DNA of 64,000 nucleotides from Geosiphon pyriformis uo1 (Eukaryota; Fungi; Glomeromycota), in assembly GCA_016748015.1 (NCBI GenBank), contig JAAOMT010000303.1, forward strand, positions 682,001-746,000, read 5' to 3'. Shown piece by piece: positions 53,201 to 64,000 of the stretch. A model generated the notes under the pieces. The model made no database searches. It saw nothing but the letters and a program-made list of their open reading frames with translations, and was not told the DNA's origin. Position numbers and translations under genes: made by a program. Each line of letters starts with the position of its first letter. Positions within the stretch are counted from its first letter, which is position 1.

Positions 53201-55036
53201 TTCACAAAAAGCACCAAATGTTATAGGTGATTATTTGGGATCTGAAAACAAATAACAAATCCATAACTTGGTGCTTAATAGCTAATAGATTGGTAATATT
53301 TAAAGGTTTTCATGATCTAAAGGTTTTGGTTGAGTCTTTTGTATAATGGACGGAGATTTGATAATTGTTTTAATAGCTTTTTGGAATCGCAATTCCATTA
53401 AATTTCTTTCTTAGCATGATGACCAGCAATTCTTTGATAAGAAATTTTTTAGTAAACAATTCTTAAATCTAAGTGTCTATTCTTTCACAAAGGTTTTTTA
53501 CCAGACAATCTTTAATATCAATAACTCAATGCTTTAATCTTTAATCAATTAGCAAATAATAAACAAACAACAAAAAAAATAAAAAATAAAAAAATAAGTC
53601 AAGACACAAAAAAGTTAGTATCTTATCAATAATCATAATCAAAAGCTATTGGTCTAGTATATTTAAGTATTGACAACTATCAACATAAATTGTTGATAGT
53701 AGAAAGATGAATAATAATATTTAATAATTATTTTATTAATATGTGTGATGTTTTTACTTCAAGTTATAGAATACTATTATATAAAGAGATGGTGTTACAG
53801 GTAATTATTTCTGCTGTTGAATTAAATAACAAACCTGTAACTTGGTGCTTAAAAGCTACTTCCATGGATGAGGTTCTGCAAGTGTTGTATCTGAAGGTTT
53901 TGATGGAGTCCTTTGTATAATAGACAGAGATTCAATAGTGTTGATAGTAGATGTATCTTTCTAAGAGTTTTCCCAATTTCTTTCTTAGTGTGGTGGCCAG
54001 ATTTAGTCTGGCAGTCATGCTCTTCTGGTAAGCTATCCGATAATATATAAAATCCTACCCTTATTTTTGGGTCTTTTACTAGGCTATTCTTGACATCAAT
54101 AACTCAGTGCTTAATCTTTTAATCAATTAATATACAACAACAAAATCAAAAAAGAAAGAAAATAAAATAAAGAAAATAAAAATAAAGAAAATAGAAAATA
54201 AGCCAAGGCAATTTGGTATGTTAGTATCTCATTAATAGCCGTAATCAAGAGCTATTGTTCCAGCGTGATTAAGTATCGATTACTATTAACATTTCATGTT
54301 GATAGTAGAGAGTGGGTTGAAATATGGAATAATTATTTATTTGATGATTGGGAACTGAAATGTTGCTTAGATTAAATCTAAACTGAGAAGTCCAAACTAA
54401 AAGAATTTTTTTTTTTTTGTATTTTTAATAATTATGATTTGTGAGTCTAATTGATTCTATGAGTCTAATTGACTCCGCAAATCAATTAACTCTGAGTCTT
54501 GTTGACTAATTTTCTAACTTCTAATACTACTGCTATATATACATATTTGAGATTCTTCAATTTCTCAATTCTTTATGTCAGGAATCCTGGAATTCCTGGA
54601 ATCTTGCAATTCCTCTGAGAGAAATCCTGGAATTCCACATTTACTACGTCTATTTCTAATTTGCTAATTTATATGCTAATATACTTCTTATATTTTATAA
54701 ATAACAATGGGTATAAAATTGGCACTGGAGGTTCAAAATTAAGAATTCTGTCTTTTCTGCTTTTAACACTACCACTATATATACATAAATTTTATTATAT
54801 GAGATTTTTTAAATTTTTCAATTTTCTATCCAGGAATCCTGAAATTTCTGGAATTTTGTAATTTCTTAAGAGAAATTTTGGAATTTTGAAATCCTGTGAC
54901 TTTTTATATTAGAATTCTGTAATTTTAGAATCTTGCAATTCTTCTAAGAAAAATTCTGGAATTTTACTTCTATTAGGTTTTATTCTGATTGGCTAATTGT
55001 ATACTAATATATAATTCATATATTTTATGAATAACA
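44280..55036 (-). mobile_element. Full-length decayed Gypsy copy G2: 5' LTR 53219-55036 (with nested solo LTR), Gag-Pol ~53186-47186, IN 47155-45748, ORF3 45723-45090, 3' LTR 44280-45076
   Basis: TSD ATAA/ATGA; PBS ~53200-53216; PPT 45080-45091; ORF-track hits for gag (51645), dUTPase (49038), RT (48005, 47633) and IN (46232). Confidence 0.92.
53793..54706 (-). mobile_element. Solo LTR, family A, nested inside the 5' LTR of G2
   Basis: TGTTACAG..ATAACA termini; TSD ATGG/ATGG; the host LTR is continuous across it. Confidence 0.9.
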
Positions 55037-55767
55037 ATGATAATTGAATATTATATCAAAAAAAACAATTTTCAAAAATACATACAATTTTGCAAAAGCT
55101 CAATTTTAAAAAAGAAAAATAATATTTAAATAGAAAAACCAATCCGAAACTGTTAAAAAAATATGATTAAAACAGAATAATATAAAAAAACAGAATAATA
55201 TAAAATAAAACAAAATAAAACAAAATAATATAAGATAGCATACAATAATGTAAAATAGCACAAAATAACTAGTTATAATATAGAATAACTAGTTATAGTG
55301 TAAAAAATAAAGCAATAATAGAAATAACAAATAATAATTAATAATAATAAATAATTGAAAGCAATTTTATAAAACTAGAAATATGTATAAAAATGAATAA
55401 TTTTAGCAGAAAAAAAAAGAACAAACAAAAATCATTTCTCTTTTTATATCTTAATTTTAGTCTAAATTAAACTTATTTTATATATATATTTGTAAATTAA
55501 TTTAATAAAAAATCTTATTATTTAATTTACTTATATATGATCTTTATATTTTGAGTAATAAAATTAAATCAATTGTCTTTTTTATTTTTGTTTTAGACTA
55601 AATACTATTAACATAAACAGTTTCAAAACTCTAATGACTTGGATTAATTATTTTTGAATATAATAATTGACAATACTAATTTTATTTTATTTTTTTTTAT
55701 TTTTTTTATTTTTTTTGTAAAGTAGCAACATTAAAAATCAACTGTTTAGGAATAGACTTTATAATAG

Positions 55768-56480
55768 TATTATAAATTAGAATAATAAGCTAACAAATAG
55801 CAAAAAAAAACAGAATTATAAAATAATAGAATTAATCAAAAAAAATTTAATTTCAAGGAATAAATTAAATAAATATGAATTTAATGTATGAGATCAATTT
55901 TATAAAATATTTTAGTTGCTAATTTTTTCAAAAAATAATTAAAAAATTTAAAGATAGAGGAATAGTCTATATTATTAACAAATAATAACATATTAATATA
56001 ATTCTATATCTTATATTAGTGCTTTTAGAATTTAATATTAGATATTAGATATACTTTTTAGTTATATTTTATTTAATAATTTTCAAATACTACAATTATA
56101 CAGATTAAAAAAGAGTAGATAAATGCCAACAAACAATTTTTTATCTTAAAATATTTAGATACTTAAAAATAAAAAATGGAAAAAGAAAAACAAATAATAA
56201 AAGAAAAATTAAGTTAATAGATATTATTTTATTCTTTTGATTTTTTATATATATTTTTATATCTAAGAAACTTATTGTTTATATAGCTATTAAAAATAAT
56301 TAACAACCAAATTATTAATCAAGTCAATAATTAGATTAATAATTAGATTATTGATTAAATTAATAATTAAGTTAATAATCAGATTATTAATTACTATCTA
56401 AAAATAAAATAGCTAATTATATGACATTAATGGCTAATATATGTAATAATTAATAAAAATTATAAGTTTTAACTATAATA
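55768..56480. mobile_element. Decayed solo LTR, family C, nested in the G3 3' LTR
   Basis: Colinear with 2341-2983 after C>T/G>A changes; flanks ATAG/ATAA. Confidence 0.8.
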
Positions 56481-56783
56481 ATAATTTGATAAAAGAAAAA
56501 AGCTTCTTTTAATATTGAATATTAACTTTATCTTATTAGCTTATCAGAAAAGCAAAAAAAATACCAGATTTTAGTGATTGTATTTATTAATTTAAAGAGA
56601 CATACAACTACAATAGTAATTAAAAAAACCAGAATTTTGTGCTTTATAATAAAAAAACTTAGTGGGTATAACTTTAAATAAGAAAATCTTCAAAAATTAA
56701 TAACTAACTTTGACAAAAAAAACTTTTACATAGCTTAATTGGTTTTTATTATCAAATTACAAATATCAAAAGTTATAATACTA

Positions 56784-57338
56784 TATTACTAAGTTTATTT
56801 ATTAGCTTAGTAATTAGTTTATTTTAATGTTTGCATTTTTTTAGTAAACAATCTTGGTTTTTTGATTATATTTATGCTTTTTTTTAATATTTTTTACCAA
56901 GTAATCTTTGATGTTATAATCTTAATAATTTTTTTACAATTAGTTAATAACTTAAAATAAACATAACTAATAAAATTATAAAATAATAATTAGTATTTTA
57001 TTTATAGCCATAATTAAAAATTATTGTTTTAATATTGTTAATAAAAATAAAAGAAATTAAACTAATTTTAAAGTAAGTTTGTTTTGTTGTTTTGCTTAAA
57101 TATTAATTAATAAACTAATATTTTTTTAACTTTTATTATTTTTATTTTATATACATAAATATTCATAATACAAGATTCTTAAAATTTTTACAATTTTTTG
57201 AATTATTTCTAAAATTTTTAACATTTCTATTATTCTTAAAATTCTTAAAATTCCTAATATTATGTGTTTTAATAATTTTTTATTTTGCTATTGGCTATTT
57301 ATGCTATTATTTTCTTATGTTTTTTTCTATTAATAACA
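56784..57338 (-). mobile_element. Very decayed LTR-like remnant
   Basis: Right end 'attggctatttatgcta...taataaca' resembles the reversed family-A U3 terminus; no TSD found. Confidence 0.4.
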
Positions 57339-58551
57339 ATAAATTAGTAAAATCTATTTAAACAATAAATATTAATAAAATAATAAATAGAATAGCTATA
57401 TATATTAATTAATAATTAACATATAAATATAAAAATTTGAATTTTTTATTATATAATAAATTTGTTATATAATAAGCTAATGAGTTTATTTGTTTTTGTA
57501 TTTACAAAATTTAAAAATAAAAAATTAAATAAAAAATATATATAATAATTTTACATAATTGGCAATATAATAAATAAAATAAATTTTTATATATTATATT
57601 AATTTTTAGTTTATATAAAGAAACAAATATTATATTATATTATTATTAATTATTATAAGACTATTTTTTTTTCTTTTTTTTGATAAGATATGTAATTAGA
57701 TATTTTATAATAATATTATCTTATATTATAATAATATACTATTTATAATATATAATTATAGCATAATATAATTATTTTAATTTATCATATTGTTCTATTT
57801 ATATAAAAATAACTATAAATTTGTGTTTAATTTAATGTGTTTTTTATTTTTTGATTTAAAGCATTTTTTATTTTCTAATTTAATGTATTTTTTATTTACA
57901 TTTTTTATTTTTTAATCTATTATGTCTTTAATATTATATTTTTAATTTTATTTATTGCTAAATTCTCTTAATATACAAGTTTTCTTAATTATACTATAAT
58001 ATAATAAGTTTTATATTTATAAAACTTTTAGAAATTAACACCAGAGATTTTGTAATATATTTAAATATATTTATATAATAAACACAAAAAATTCAATATA
58101 TTAAAAGTTCAAATTATGTACTAAGTGTACTAATACATAAAAAAAGATTTAACATAAATCTTTACAAAAAATTGAGAAAAAAATTGAAAAATACTTGATA
58201 ATTCCAATTTTAATTCAAAATTTTTTGCACTTTTCATGACTAATACTATTATCTCAAAACTTTAGAACTATCTAAACCATCTTAAATTTAACTATTTCAA
58301 AAACAATTAAAAAAATTATTATAAATAACATAACTTTTTTTAATGCTTTAATACAAAGAAAAACTATAAAAATTATTAATACAAATAATAAGAAATTTGT
58401 TAAGCTTTAATAAATTTATAAGTCTACTATTAATTTAAAAATTCAACATAGTTTTTTAATTCATATTACAGATTTTAAAAGAATTTTATATAATAAAAAT
58501 AAAAAAATAAAAAAATTAAAGTGTTATACAAATTATTAAAGTAAAAATCAA

Positions 58552-61500
58552 TATTACCAGAAATTTTTTTACTCTTTTTTTAGTGTTGTTAATGCTGTAT
58601 TTCTGTTAATTCTGTTGTTATAAAAATCAATAAATCTTTAATAAATTAATTTTTTTTTCAAAGTATCTTTTTATACTTTGGACTATATATATTATTAAGG
58701 TTATAATAAAATAGCCAATTCTATATCAATTATTTTATATAGTTACTTTACAATAAAAATCAACTCTTTTACAGAAAATCTTGACTGTAAGCTTTTTAAA
58801 AAAATGTATAATTACTTTGCTATAAAAGTTAACTTTTTTACAAAAAATTTCAACTATAAACTATTTAATAATATAAAATAAAATAAAATAAAAAAATAAA
58901 ATAAAATAAAATAAAATAAAAAATAAAAAAAAAATAAAAAAAAATAAAAAAATAAACTAAAGAATAAAAAATTGTGTTAAAAAAATTATTTTGGATTCAA
59001 ATCTGAAAGTTATTAACAGTTTAAAAATTAATATAGAATAATTAATTTTAAGCAAAAATAATTAAAGATTTTTATGTTTTTTAAAGTAAGTTTTTATTGG
59101 AATTAATTTGTATAAAAGATAATCTTAACTAAGATATTTAGTAAAAAATACTGGACTAAAATATATTTTTTTAAAAAAAAAACTTTTTTTTATACAACTT
59201 ATTATAGCACTATTTTATAATTTAATACTCTTTTTGTTTCTAATTTTTCAACAAATTAAAGGTACATTTTATTAAATTACAAATTATTTTTGTGAACTAT
59301 AAATTATTTTGGTAAACTATTAAATATTTTATTGAATTACTAAATATTTTGGTGTATTTTAAATGTTATATAATTTAGTATATTATATAATCTAATTATT
59401 ATAAATTAAATTATTAATTAAATAATAATATAGATAATTTAACACAATAATAAGTAATAAATTAAAATGATAATATATGTTAATTAATGATAAAAATTAT
59501 AAGAATAATTTTATGGTAAATAATATTTTAAATTTTAATTAATAATATAATTTTTTTTTAAGACTGAACTTTATTAAAGTTCAAGTACTGTCTGTAATTT
59601 TTAGATAGTAATCCAAAATTATTGAAAAAATTGGTTTGAAAATTGTTAAAATTTTAGTTTTGTGAACTTTTTAATATATTAAATCTTTAAGAATTATAAA
59701 ATTGGGTTTTGTAGAATGTTTTTACAAGTATAAAATAAATTATAGAATCTAAAAACTGTTTTAAGTTTATAATAAATATTTGTTAGTTTAACTGTTATTT
59801 TAAATTTGTTGTAAAGTTGTTTTTAAATAGTTTCAGCTATGAGATTTGCTGTTTTAAGCTCCAATCTTTTTTTATAAAGTGTTTTTTAATATAAAAATAT
59901 CTATAAATTGAAGGGTATTTGTTGTTTTGTTTATCAAAACACTATTGAAATTTTTGTTAAATTGTAATATTTGGTAAAATATTAATAAGAATAAATATTA
60001 AATTTTCTCTTAAAGCTTGCTTTAAAAGTTCTGATAAATAAATTCCAAAATAATTTCTTGTGCTTTTTTAATAAAAGTTGTAATTTTATAAATTTGTGAT
60101 TAAAATTATAATTAATTCTGTTTAGATATATTTAATATGTTTTTTAATAATAATTATGAATAATTTAAATAGTATTTTTAAGATTAATATTAATTTTTGA
60201 AATAATTGTTGAATGTTTTAAAAAATAGTTATAATAGCTAATAAAAATATAAATAAATAAAATTATTTTTAATATGTGAGATTTTTATGTTATTTTTGTT
60301 TTGTTTTTTTGTTTTGTTTTTGTTTTGTTTTTGTTTTGTTTTTGTAAAATTGGTTCTAAAATATAAAGAATAATTATATATAAAAATTTAAATTTAAATG
60401 TTTAAATTTAAAAATTGTTTAATAATAACTATTAATTTTAAGTTTTGAAAAATATATTTAGAATTAACCAAAAAAAATTGTGTACTAATTTATAGAGCTA
60501 AAAATTCAAAATTGGTTTTAAAATAGTAATATTTTAGTTTATTATAATGTGTAATTTTTTTTAGAACTTTGTTATTAAATTTTAACTTATATAATCTATT
60601 TTTTAGAATTTTGTAAATATAAAATAGTCTATCTCATTTATGATCAAATTTCTATTCTATTGTTTTTTGGTTTTAGTTTTATATAACAAAACTTTATTTT
60701 TAACTTTAAATTTGTTAATAACTAGTAATAGTTTATTATTATGATATTTTTTTTGTTAAGCTTAAAGAATGTTCTATATAAGTAATTGTAATTTATTATT
60801 TTTTTTCAATATACTAAAAAGTATATAAACTCTTTTTTGTAGTGTTTTTTAAAAGTTGTTTTTGGTAATTGGTTGGACTGAATAGAATTTCACTATAAAA
60901 TCAAATAAAAATATTGTTATTTTTTATAAGTTAGATTAAATAGTATGTGTTTCTTTAAAAAAAAAGTGTTGCATGAAAGATGTTGATATGTTTGGTAATT
61001 TAGAGCACTTTATTTAGTGTTTTATATGCTAATAACATTAATAAAATAAAAATATTCTAATTTTGCTCAAAATTGGTTGAAATCTTGGCTAATAATTTAC
61101 AAAGTATTTTGTTAAAATATTTTATAAATCTATTTGTTTGTAGATAGTAGAGTAAAAATAAAGGTGAATTATTTACAAATTTTTTGTATTAGGTTGTTTA
61201 CAACTGTGTTTTTTAATTGAATAAAAGTTTAATTAAACATTTATGTTTACAAATAATGTTTTTGTAAATGAAATTTATAATTAATTTTGTATTTGCTTAT
61301 TAAATTGTTCTTGTTTTTAGCTATTTTATTAAATAATCTATTACAACTACAATATATATATTTTTTTAAGTTGTAATAGATAATAGCCTAATTAAATTAA
61401 TATTAACTTAATCAAAAAATTGTTTAACTTTAATTAGATTTAAAGATTCTATAAGACATGTTTTTTTTTTAATAACTATTTCAAAATTTAACATATTGGT

Positions 61501-64000
61501 GAATATTTTTTTTATTTAAGACCAAAAATAGTATTTTAATATTTTTTAAGTTGTATTATTTTTTTTAAAGTATGCTGATAAAGAGTTTAAATATATATTA
61601 TATAAAATTGTTTTTTTTATATTTTTGAATTTTTGTAGTTTTAGTAATAAATAAAATTATTATGTAAAAAATATTGTTTTGCTTGGTATTGTAATTAATG
61701 TTTTTTATTTAAAAACCAATTTTTTGGTATTGTAAATATTTCTAAGTATTGTTTAAGATTATTGTAGTTTTTGAAGTCTATTGTTTGTTTTGTTGTTGTT
61801 GATTAAATTAAATAATAATTGTAATTTTTAATTTTGTCTTATTTTAAAAAGACAATTAATATTTGTGTAAAGCTTTTCTGATTTATAGTATACAATATAT
61901 TAATAGTTTATAAGAAATTCTGTTTATTAAATTTGTTTTGTATTTAATTTAGTGTTTTTGTTTTATAGTCATTTAAGTCTAATATTATTAGTAATTATGT
62001 CAAATTTTTTGAGTTTAAAGTCCAAATTAAAATAATAAAAAGTCCAAATTACTATTGTTGTTTTTAGTTTGATGACAAAATAATTTTTTTCTGCTGGTTT
62101 TAGTGTTCTGTTAGTATAAACAATTATTTGTTTATTGTTATTATTGTCTAATTAAGATAAAATAGTACTAAAAGCAATATAAAAAATATTTGTGACTAGT
62201 TAAAATCTTTTGCTAAATCTGAATAGATAAGAATTAAAACTATTATAAGCTTTTTTTTAAGAATTTTAAAAGCTTTTTGTTGTTTTTTTGTTTATTTATA
62301 TTTAATATTTTTGTTGATTAAATAGTTAAATAGTTTTGTAATTTCTGAAAATTTTTTAATAATTTTTTAATAATAAGATGCTAATACTGTAAATTTTCTT
62401 AATTTAGTAATATTTTAAGAGACTTTAAAGTTTTTAACAATATTGATTTTTTCTGGATCAAATTTAACTTCTTTTTTATTAACAATATAACTTAAAAAAA
62501 CCAAGATAATTTTTCCAAAATAATATTTTTTAATGTTTAATTTTAATCTTGTTTTTTGTAATCATTAAAAAACTTCTTATAAGTAAATTAAATAAGTTTT
62601 AAATAATAATAAATAAATATTAATATTATTTAAGTAAATAATTATTGATTTTTAAAGGAGCTTAGTATAAATAACATCCATAAATCTTTGAAATATTGCT
62701 AATATATACATAATCTAAAGAATATTATATTAAATTTATAATTTTTTTTGAATAGTAAAGCTGTTTTTAAATGATCTTTGAAATTTATAGTAATTTATTA
62801 GTATCTGCTTTTTAAATTTAATGTTAAAAAGTATTTTAATTTGCCAAAAACATCTAATATGTTTTCATTTTAGAATAAAAAATAAGTATTTTTAATATAA
62901 TACTATTTAGTTAGCAATAGTCAACACAAAAATATTTTTTTCTATTTTTTTTTAACAAAAACTACTAATAAAATCTATAAATTTATTGATAATTAAATAA
63001 GTTTATTATTAAATATTTATTGTACTTTTTTTTAAATAAATTGGTGATTTTTTAGTAAAATTTAATAAGTTTATTGGCATTTGAATTTTGTATCTTCAGT
63101 ATAAATTTGGTATTAAACTAGATCAGTTTTTTCCAAATTATTGTTATTTTTGGCAAATATGCATTTTAGTAATTAACTCTTTAAATTGCTTTTGCTGTTA
63201 TAATTTTGATTGTTTTATATTGATTTAAAATAATTTTTCTATAATAACATAATAATTTTGGTAATAAAATTTGTCTTAGATTTTAAAAGTGAATGTTTAA
63301 TTATTTTTGTGAAATTTAAGACTATTTGTAATAAATCTTATTAAAAAATATTTCTGTAAATAATTTCAATTTTTAAATAATTATCTAATATAATAAAATA
63401 GTTGTTAAAATTGTAAAATATAATATTGAATTCTTTAATTTTTTTAGGTAAATAAATATTTAAAATTAAAATTCCATATTTTTTGCAAATTTATTTGTTT
63501 AATTCGAAATATTGTTGAATAGTAATAGGTATTAGATAGATGTATGCTTCATAAATTTCTCTAAAAGATAAGATAATAATTGTTCTTAGTAATTTAAAAA
63601 TCTAATAAGATTTATTTTATATGTTAAAAGCTATGTTTACTAGAATTATAAATTATTTAATTAATATAAAATTTTGGGGTTTTTTACTTTTGCCAAGTTT
63701 TTCTTGATTTTTAACTAATTATAAACCCAAAATATTAATTAAGAGTAAATAGATAACTTGAGCAATTTTTTCAATATGTTTAATTTTGAATAACTTTTTG
63801 GTTTTATTTTAGAGCATTATTGTAACGTTTTTAATATATTTAATATTTATAATTTCTTTTCTAATGTTGATTTTTTTGCTTGCCAATAATAATTAGAAAG
63901 CAATTTGTATTATTGCTTCTAATAAAATTTTAAGAGCAATTTGAAATTAATTTTTATAAGCACTTTTGGTTTTAAGATAAGAGTGTTTTTTTTTGAATAT
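58552..64000 (-). mobile_element. Extremely decayed Gypsy copy G4 with a family-B 3' LTR (~58552-59547), then IN, RH and RT running off the window
   Basis: LTR colinear with 4885-5836; A-rich decayed PPT ~59550; RT 'AIFQRFMDVIYTKLL*KSIIIYLNNINI' (decayed YLDD) ~62620-62700. Confidence 0.7.

Larger units (their letters stand above)
38472..56780 (+). mobile_element. Old, 5'-truncated Gypsy copy G3: PR-Cys-dUTPase-RT-RH, IN, ORF3 (38472-44279 and 55037-55108), PPT, 3' LTR family D (~55123-56780)
   Basis: PR 'LILDNKSIDNII' ~38790; 'CVNC' ~39350; dUTPase ORF 40136; RT 'VVVYLNDTNVF' ~41545; IN 'RLVEQFN' ~43025. ORF3 resumes after G2 and ends 'FAKAQF*'. The right end is approximate. Confidence 0.8.

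Noticed and set aside
57340-58550. Possible MITE or DNA-transposon remnant
   Set aside because: Extremely AT-rich; no TIR pair, TSD or protein motif could be established by eye.

Overview
Eukaryotic, very AT-rich fungal-type DNA with short GT-AG introns. From memory the TE proteins resemble those of Glomeromycotina (Geosiphon-like); this is unverified. A ~6.6 kb CpG-containing island (~8460-15060) holds two convergent intron-containing host genes: a SWI/SNF Swi1/Sol1/BAF250-type subunit (+) and an HbrB/Bit61/PRR5-family TORC2 subunit (-). The rest is nested, decayed retrotransposons: three LINE remnants, five Ty3/Gypsy copies (two with both LTRs and a TSD) and eight TSD-flanked solo LTRs. All show heavy C>T/G>A transitions, including outside CpG. 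The main finding is the architecture of the Gypsy family. (1) The Gag-Pol start codon appears to lie inside the LTR and to be joined to gag by a 74-nt intron that removes the LTR end and the primer-binding site; the splice restores frame in all three copies that can be tested. (2) One Gag-PR-(Cys-rich zinc module)-dUTPase-RT-RH frame stops after RNase H. (3) Integrase is a separate ATG-initiated ORF. (4) A conserved ~209-codon non-env ORF lies just before the PPT. Insertions make 4-bp TSDs that always have a central YR step.
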